Source: a virus (lineage: Duplodnaviria > Caudoviricetes). From it: DNA of 28,362 bases. The notes beneath the pieces were generated by a model. That model was not told the DNA's origin, did not search any database, and saw only the letters and a list, made by a program, of their open reading frames with translations. The first letter of the stretch is position 1, and each line of letters starts with the position of its first letter. Location: positions 1 through 28,362 of IMG/VR virus record IMGVR_UViG_3300030372_003721. The stretch is one strand, 5' to 3'. Position numbers and translations under genes: made by a program. This document shows, one piece after another, positions 23,432 to 28,362 of the stretch.

Positions 23432-25027
23432 TCATCCTCCTTTTGGATCTTCGTGAACGTAACCCTGTTTATTAAGATTTTCGTGCTGTTCTTTGGTTTT
23501 CGCATAGACCTCTTCCCCTGTTTTGGGGTCATACATCATGTGAGGATTGAAGTCTTCGCTGTATTGTGTTGATAATTCATCTTCTTTGCTCATTGAGTCG
23601 CCCTCTTCGGCTGCGAGCCTTTTAAGATCTCGCTCCATCGTGCGAATACGCAATAGCCTTTCAAGTGCCTGCTCTTCGTTTTCGATTTCGGGGTTCAGCT
23701 TACGCAAAACATCGATCCTCGAAACGATTCCCATGTTCATTTCCGCAGCAAGAGATTCGGTCAAAACCTGCCTTTCCTGCGGGCTTTGAGACAGCGCAAC
23801 ATATTCGATAAGATAGTCGCGAGGGTTTTCCGACAAAGTCGAACCGGGCAAGTAGAAGTTCGCCATCTGTGCAGCCTTAGCCAACAGCATTTGATCGGCC
23901 AGTCTCAGGGCTGGCTCCACAAGTTTCTGATAGCGTTTCTGGCCCTCACGGCTAACCACAATGGCATAGCCTGATTGTGCGCTACCCGTCACCAAATCGC
24001 TGGGGTTGAGGCCTGAAAAGACCGCAAGGCCCTGCTCGTAAAGACGCAAGGCTTCCATAGCTGCCAGCGGATTCATCGCCGCCGTGAACTGACCAAGGGA
24101 ACCACCGCCCGGACCTTTGCTTTGGAACTTTAGGATTGATTTACGATCCACAGGAACCACGTCAACAGGCGTCCCGCCTATGGTTCTGGTTACGCCAGCC
24201 TGGGTATCAACATCGATAGCGTAACGCTGTGGATGGGCCGCATTTACAAATCCATCATTCCAGTGGCTCATTAGAGCGCACAACCGCAAAGCTCCCCGGC
24301 AAACCTCCATGCCCGAAGACCAATTCCAAAGTTGAGAACCAACTTGACGGTGGTAAAGTACATACGGAAGGATTGGCTTTCCTTCACGCGAACGGTATGG
24401 ATAGGCGCCCTCTCCAGCCAACTCAGGAGCATATTCCTGCGTGGCGTCGATGCGCTCATCATCATCAACCTTATCAATGCGGAAGACCGGATTGTCGGGG
24501 TCGCGAATATCCCAAACGTCCCAAGTCCAAACGCCGTCACGATAGCGCAGCTCCTCAACCATACCGGGCTCATCGGGCTGCCCTGGCATTGCTTTGCAAA
24601 CCACATGGTTCGGCAAAACCATGCGATAGCTAACCTCCTGGGCTCCAGCCCAGTGCTTGAAGTCCAAGCGAACAAGGGTTTCGCCAAGAGCCAAAGAATA
24701 CAGATTTGTTTGCTGCTGTTGTGCCCACAGCCTCGGAGTAACTATAGCCGTTAGGTCAGCTTCAGCCTCATCCTTTACGCGAACGTGTGGTGGCTCCAGA
24801 TAAGCCACTGCAAGTTGCTGATAGATGAGACGGAAAGAGTTGCGCGAAAGATCAGGATTGATCTCTAAATCCGCAGCGATTTCGCGAGCGAACATCTCTT
24901 CAATCTCATCGCGAACATCGTCGGCATGCTTGCCCGTGAGCAAGCGCGTTCTAAGACCTTGCTCTCGCCACCGTGCTTGGTCCTCTTGTTCGACGGGCAT
25001 GGCCGCCTGCGGAATCGCTTCGTACAT
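23432..25027 (-). CDS. Portal protein with C-terminal extra module
   Basis: 531 aa after TerL; LPYVLYH, SAQSGYAI and GIVSRIDVLRKLNPE motifs of the SPP1 gp6 type. Confidence 0.85.
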   Translation of the reverse strand: MYEAIPQAAMPVEQEDQARWREQGLRTRLLTGKHADDVRDEIEEMFAREIAADLEINPDLSRNSFRLIYQQLAVAYLEPPHVRVKDEAEADLTAIVTPRLWAQQQQTNLYSLALGETLVRLDFKHWAGAQEVSYRMVLPNHVVCKAMPGQPDEPGMVEELRYRDGVWTWDVWDIRDPDNPVFRIDKVDDDERIDATQEYAPELAGEGAYPYRSREGKPILPYVLYHRQVGSQLWNWSSGMEVCRGALRLCALMSHWNDGFVNAAHPQRYAIDVDTQAGVTRTIGGTPVDVVPVDRKSILKFQSKGPGGGSLGQFTAAMNPLAAMEALRLYEQGLAVFSGLNPSDLVTGSAQSGYAIVVSREGQKRYQKLVEPALRLADQMLLAKAAQMANFYLPGSTLSENPRDYLIEYVALSQSPQERQVLTESLAAEMNMGIVSRIDVLRKLNPEIENEEQALERLLRIRTMERDLKRLAAEEGDSMSKEDELSTQYSEDFNPHMMYDPKTGEEVYAKTKEQHENLNKQGYVHEDPKGG

Positions 25028-25264
25028 TTAGAACCTCTTTTTGATCCAGCCCAAAGCATAAAGCTCTTGAGTTGTCAGGTAAGCCACAGAGGAGCGGTCG
25101 CCCTTCTTGGTTACTTCTTCGCCGCTCAAAACCCAAGTTTCAACGCCTTGAATCGGGGGAACATCTCCCTTTGCGCCGATTACAATGCGAACATCTCCTG
25201 GCTTTTCAATTATTTGGGGCGCCTCGGGTGCTTTTTTCTTACGGGTTTTCTTCTCTTCAGCCAT
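25028..25264 (-). CDS. Hypothetical protein (78 aa) between TerL and portal
   Basis: GGAGG RBS; basic N-terminus; abuts the portal start. Confidence 0.75.
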   Translation of the reverse strand: MAEEKKTRKKKAPEAPQIIEKPGDVRIVIGAKGDVPPIQGVETWVLSGEEVTKKGDRSSVAYLTTQELYALGWIKKRF

Positions 25265-25276
25265 TTTAGCCTCCGT

Positions 25277-26668
25277 TTATTGAATCAATAGCTTGCTAAT
25301 ACCACTAAGAGATTCAGAAAGATAGCATTCGCTTATGTAAGAAACCGCGTCAAAGGGGTGCTTGTAGTCCCCATTGGTTTCTCCGCGCCAATGCCGTAGC
25401 GAACTTATCAGCTTGTGACAGTCCTCATGTACGCGAAAGCGCCCATCAACACAAGCCGATGATAACAGCCTTGCGCGAGCGCGAACACTTCCAGGCCCCT
25501 TATAGGGCACCCCTATGCTGAAGGGCGGCCGCGAGCTTTGGCATAAATCAGCGAAACTTCGTTCAAGCAACTGATTGACACTAAAGCCAAGACCAAGACG
25601 CCCCGCGCTGTTCGAGTCTCCTTTGGCTTCATCAATCTGGTGCAAGTTGAGCCCCCAGGATTCAACCATCTCTTTGATCTGCCTCGCCTCATCAAGCGGC
25701 GTATTTCTTTCCTGTGAGACATATTCGTCCAATACCCAAACCCGCATCCCATCCCAAGCGACAAGATAACACACCGATGATCCTGGCCTTTCGCCGTGAT
25801 CCCATCCAAGGCCAACAGATTCGATGTTCTTAGGGATATCTTGGAAGATGTTCTCTTCGGTAAAAGAGATCCATCGGTCGCTTGTGATGCCTTCCCACGC
25901 GCCGTCAACACGTTGCGCATATTCCCACGGGCCATAGGACGCGATTTGTTCCTCGATGCTTTCCGGGTCACGGTGTGGACAGTTTTCCGCCGATAGCTTG
26001 ACCCGGATGATTTCCCAGTGCTCTTTGGCTGGCTCGCCTGTGTTTGGATTGCCCTCTACCCAATCCCTAAGCCAATCCGCAGGGCGACCGATAGGCGTGA
26101 AGCCCATAAAGACAGGCGCTTGACCCACAGCCACGCGCGACCGGGCTTCGGAGAAGTGTCCACGCTTGGGCAGCTCATCAATGCAGAGGAAGTCAATCGT
26201 TGCGCCTGCAAGGGCCATTTGCTCCTGGCTTCCCGACTTGCCAACAATAAGCGTTCCGTTTTTCAACTCGATCATTTTCGAGCCGCCTCGCGTATACCCC
26301 CTTGCATCGTCGTATATGCACCTTTCTGCAATGATTCCAGGGGGTTGAATCTCCCTAAGCTTTCTGGAGAAGTTCGCCCAACCTCCTTTCAAGTCCGAAC
26401 ACATAATCCAGCCCAAAACAGGCGGTTCAGCGGTTGGCCTAAGCGGATGATTTCCCAAGGCATGCCACCACACCTCCGCAGCCAAGGCTCGTGTCTTCCC
26501 GATCTGGTTTCCTGCGATCAACAGGCGACGGTTCCCCTCGTTTTCGTGGAACTCTCTCTGGCCTGCGGACATGCCTCCAAGACCGGGCAACTCAGAGGCA
26601 TACTGAGCAAGCCCGTTTGACTTGTAAGCCTCAACAGCTGACCGGATTTGAGAAAGGTCAAACTTCAC
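25277..26668 (-). CDS. terL: Terminase large subunit
   Basis: Q motif (GQREFH), Walker A AGNQIGKT, Walker B FLCIDE, coupling motif FTP, nuclease GWDHG and HPFDAVSY. Confidence 0.95.
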   Translation of the reverse strand: MKFDLSQIRSAVEAYKSNGLAQYASELPGLGGMSAGQREFHENEGNRRLLIAGNQIGKTRALAAEVWWHALGNHPLRPTAEPPVLGWIMCSDLKGGWANFSRKLREIQPPGIIAERCIYDDARGYTRGGSKMIELKNGTLIVGKSGSQEQMALAGATIDFLCIDELPKRGHFSEARSRVAVGQAPVFMGFTPIGRPADWLRDWVEGNPNTGEPAKEHWEIIRVKLSAENCPHRDPESIEEQIASYGPWEYAQRVDGAWEGITSDRWISFTEENIFQDIPKNIESVGLGWDHGERPGSSVCYLVAWDGMRVWVLDEYVSQERNTPLDEARQIKEMVESWGLNLHQIDEAKGDSNSAGRLGLGFSVNQLLERSFADLCQSSRPPFSIGVPYKGPGSVRARARLLSSACVDGRFRVHEDCHKLISSLRHWRGETNGDYKHPFDAVSYISECYLSESLSGISKLLIQ

Positions 26669-26898
26669 GCATTGGCCGCGTCAACCCAAGAAACTAACAC
26701 CGGCCCCTCCTTTGGCTCGTATGTTCCGATCTGCAAATAGCTTACATCTGATTGTGACGTAACCCGGAAACCCTTCCCGTTTAGCTTAGAGAGTAACCGA
26801 TCAAAAGCAAAGTCCGGGTCTGGACCCCACAAGGCAACTTTGACCATCTTCAGCCCTTCCCATTCGATTTCGAAATCATAGAGCTGTTGGTGGGTCAA
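26665..26898 (-). CDS. Hypothetical protein (about 77 aa)
   Basis: Likely TTG start overlapping the upstream TGA; stop overlaps the TerL start (GTGA). The track's longer version overlaps two better genes. Confidence 0.55.
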   Translation of the reverse strand: MTHQQLYDFEIEWEGLKMVKVALWGPDPDFAFDRLLSKLNGKGFRVTSQSDVSYLQIGTYEPKEGPVLVSWVDAANA

Positions 26899-27137
26899 CG
26901 CTTTTTCCCCTTGTGGAGCCCATGCCGTGCTACCTGCTTTCCTCTCTTTGTCGCTCGCCGTTTCTTTCGGTTGGCCGCTGCCAACTTCTTCCTTCCCGCT
27001 TTCGTTCCTTTCAGCGCTGCAATGGACCTTGCAGGGGCATAGACCTCTCCAGTCTTCCGGCTTGGCTTGCCAGACGGTGTTCTCCATTTCTGCCTTGTCC
27101 ATCGCCTCAAAGAGCGCTGTGATTTCTTCATCGCCAT
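26895..27137 (-). CDS. Basic protein, DUF5872-like second half
   Basis: TAATG coupling; SQRSLRRWTRQKWRTPSGKPS..TGEVYAP motif. Confidence 0.75.
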   Translation of the reverse strand: MAMKKSQRSLRRWTRQKWRTPSGKPSRKTGEVYAPARSIAALKGTKAGRKKLAAANRKKRRATKRGKQVARHGLHKGKKR

Positions 27138-27331
27138 TATTTCTTCTTGTAGCCTCCGCCCGACTTTCGGTATTCGCTGGCAAGCAACTGAGCCTTGCGT
27201 GCTGACCACGTTCCAGCCTTGCCGCCTCTGGACCCCCGCTTGATCCGGTTGAACAGCCTACGGCGCATTGTGGGCTTGGTGTAGTTCCCTGCTGCGTTGA
27301 CCGTGCTCTTTCTTCTTTTCTTCTTTGCCAT
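27137..27331 (-). CDS. Basic protein, DUF5872-like first half
   Basis: NYTKPTMRRRL..GSRGGKAGTWSARKAQLLASEYRKSGGGY motif. Confidence 0.8.
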   Translation of the reverse strand: MAKKKRRKSTVNAAGNYTKPTMRRRLFNRIKRGSRGGKAGTWSARKAQLLASEYRKSGGGYKKK

Positions 27332-27339
27332 TGCTTTCC

Positions 27340-27804
27340 CTATGTGTTGACCGATTTCCGGTTGAGCGCACTCAGGATCAAATCTTCCGGCAACTCGGAG
27401 ATTTGCGCGATGATCGTCTCCTTGCCTTCATCGGTGGTCGGGTCCACTGCTTGGGCTTTCTTCTCTTCCTCGGTGGCCCGCGTGTCAGCGTGTTTCATGA
27501 TGCTCTCGCGCTTGTAGGAGTAGCGACGTTCCAAGATCCACGCCGCAGCTTGCCAGGTTCCATTCTTGGCTGCTTGGGCGATGCAAGCCAGGGCAGCCGC
27601 TGCCCCCCTTGCCTCGGCTCTATTTAGTGCCTCTGCAAACTCCTGCTTGGCAGGATCGCCCCGTTCGGCCTCCTTCATCCACTGGTAAAGCGTGGACTCG
27701 CCGATCCCGGCGTACTGGGCCGCCAGCTTGTAAGTCATGCCGAGCCCTATCGCCGTCTCCAGTTTGGCTATCGTCTCAGGGGTACACTTGGAACGCCGTG
27801 CCAT
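27340..27804 (-). CDS. terS: Terminase small subunit (HTH type)
   Basis: AAQYAGIGESTLYQW HTH and WQAAAWILERRY; GAGGAGG RBS; upstream of TerL. Confidence 0.8.
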   Translation of the reverse strand: MARRSKCTPETIAKLETAIGLGMTYKLAAQYAGIGESTLYQWMKEAERGDPAKQEFAEALNRAEARGAAAALACIAQAAKNGTWQAAAWILERRYSYKRESIMKHADTRATEEEKKAQAVDPTTDEGKETIIAQISELPEDLILSALNRKSVNT

Positions 27805-27806
27805 TG

Positions 27807-28070
27807 CTACCTCCTCTTCTTGTAGGTTCCACGCTTCTTGCCACGGCGAGCCGCCCCGGCTTTGGCTGCCATCGAGCCGACGCCATGAGTCTTCCGCCCG
27901 ATATAGGCTGCGAGGCCTTCAGGCGACTTGACGCCCTTGCGCTTCCTCAGTGACCGTAGCAGGGCCGCTTTAGTGGGGTTGCGCTTCTTTGACCGTGAGG
28001 CCTTGGATTCTGATCGCTTCTTGGATGGGGCGCCCCTATCGCGGCGCTTCTTTCTTTTCTTTGTTGCCAT
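27807..28070 (-). CDS. Protamine-like basic protein (87 aa, about 40% K/R)
   Basis: AGGAG RBS; core KGVKSPEGLAAYIGRKTHG flanked by K/R tracts. Confidence 0.8.
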   Translation of the reverse strand: MATKKRKKRRDRGAPSKKRSESKASRSKKRNPTKAALLRSLRKRKGVKSPEGLAAYIGRKTHGVGSMAAKAGAARRGKKRGTYKKRR

Positions 28071-28112
28071 GTCTGGCTCCTATGGCCCGTGGTGGGACTG
28101 TGGTGGGTTGTG

Positions 28113-28361
28113 TTAGTCGAGGGCTCCAGCTCCTGGGTCGATGCCCATGGCGCGGGCGTACGCGGTCCACTGGCGCCGTATGGCGTCGCATGAGGCCGGG
28201 TCATTTGGGCCGCAGGTTAGCGCATGGCCTCCAAGGTCGTACACCTCAAAGGGCACGCTGTCAGCCGTGGGGGTGTCGTCTTGTGGCGTGTCGGGTGCCT
28301 CCAATGCGGGCAGCGCTGGCGGGGGCTGCAACAGTCGCCCGATCTCCTCATCGGTCCAGCC
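28113..28361 (-). CDS. C-terminal part of a ParB-methylase-like protein lacking the methylase core (5' truncated by the window)
   Basis: Frame open to the window edge: GWTDEEIGRLL...VYDLGGHALTCG-PNDPASCDAIRRQW. Confidence 0.6.
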   Translation of the reverse strand, partial: GWTDEEIGRLLQPPPALPALEAPDTPQDDTPTADSVPFEVYDLGGHALTCGPNDPASCDAIRRQWTAYARAMGIDPGAGALD

Positions 28362-28362
28362 G

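Noticed and set aside
26899-27183. Long 172-aa version of ORF 26665-27183 as an overprinted gene
   Set aside because: The upstream part overlaps two motif-bearing basic genes; a coupled TTG start at 26898 explains the rest.
1-28362. Alternative genetic code, introns/inteins, or prophage boundaries
   Set aside because: Genes tile densely under the standard code, TerL, portal and capsid are of normal uninterrupted size, and no host genes, att site or integrase are visible.

Overview
This window is most of the genome of a tailed dsDNA phage with siphovirus-type gene order (no tail sheath seen), probably from an environmental sample; the host cannot be determined. From right to left on the minus strand it carries a truncated ParB/methylase-like gene, small basic proteins, TerS, TerL, portal, scaffold, major capsid, head-tail proteins, tail tube, tail assembly chaperones, tape measure, distal tail/hub proteins, an atypical lysis cassette, SSB and a phage Dam-type methyltransferase. 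A plus-strand block follows (zinc-knuckle protein, ERF, Gp157), then RusA and a replication initiator with internal iterons. The left 1.1 kb is a compositionally distinct region of small genes, two of them preceded by a repeated structured leader. It has about 24 GATC sites and ends in a palindrome- and A-tract-rich non-coding junction. The most notable observations are the GATC-dense cassette region paired with a phage Dam, a switch-like RNA leader on the initiator gene, a tail chaperone frameshift in +1/-2 rather than -1 phase, a set of protamine-like proteins including a 16-aa micropeptide, an L,D-transpeptidase-like putative endolysin, and a ParB-methylase lacking its catalytic core. No integrase, repressor, polymerase, tRNA or CRISPR array was seen. 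All family calls come from motif recognition by eye, not database searches.
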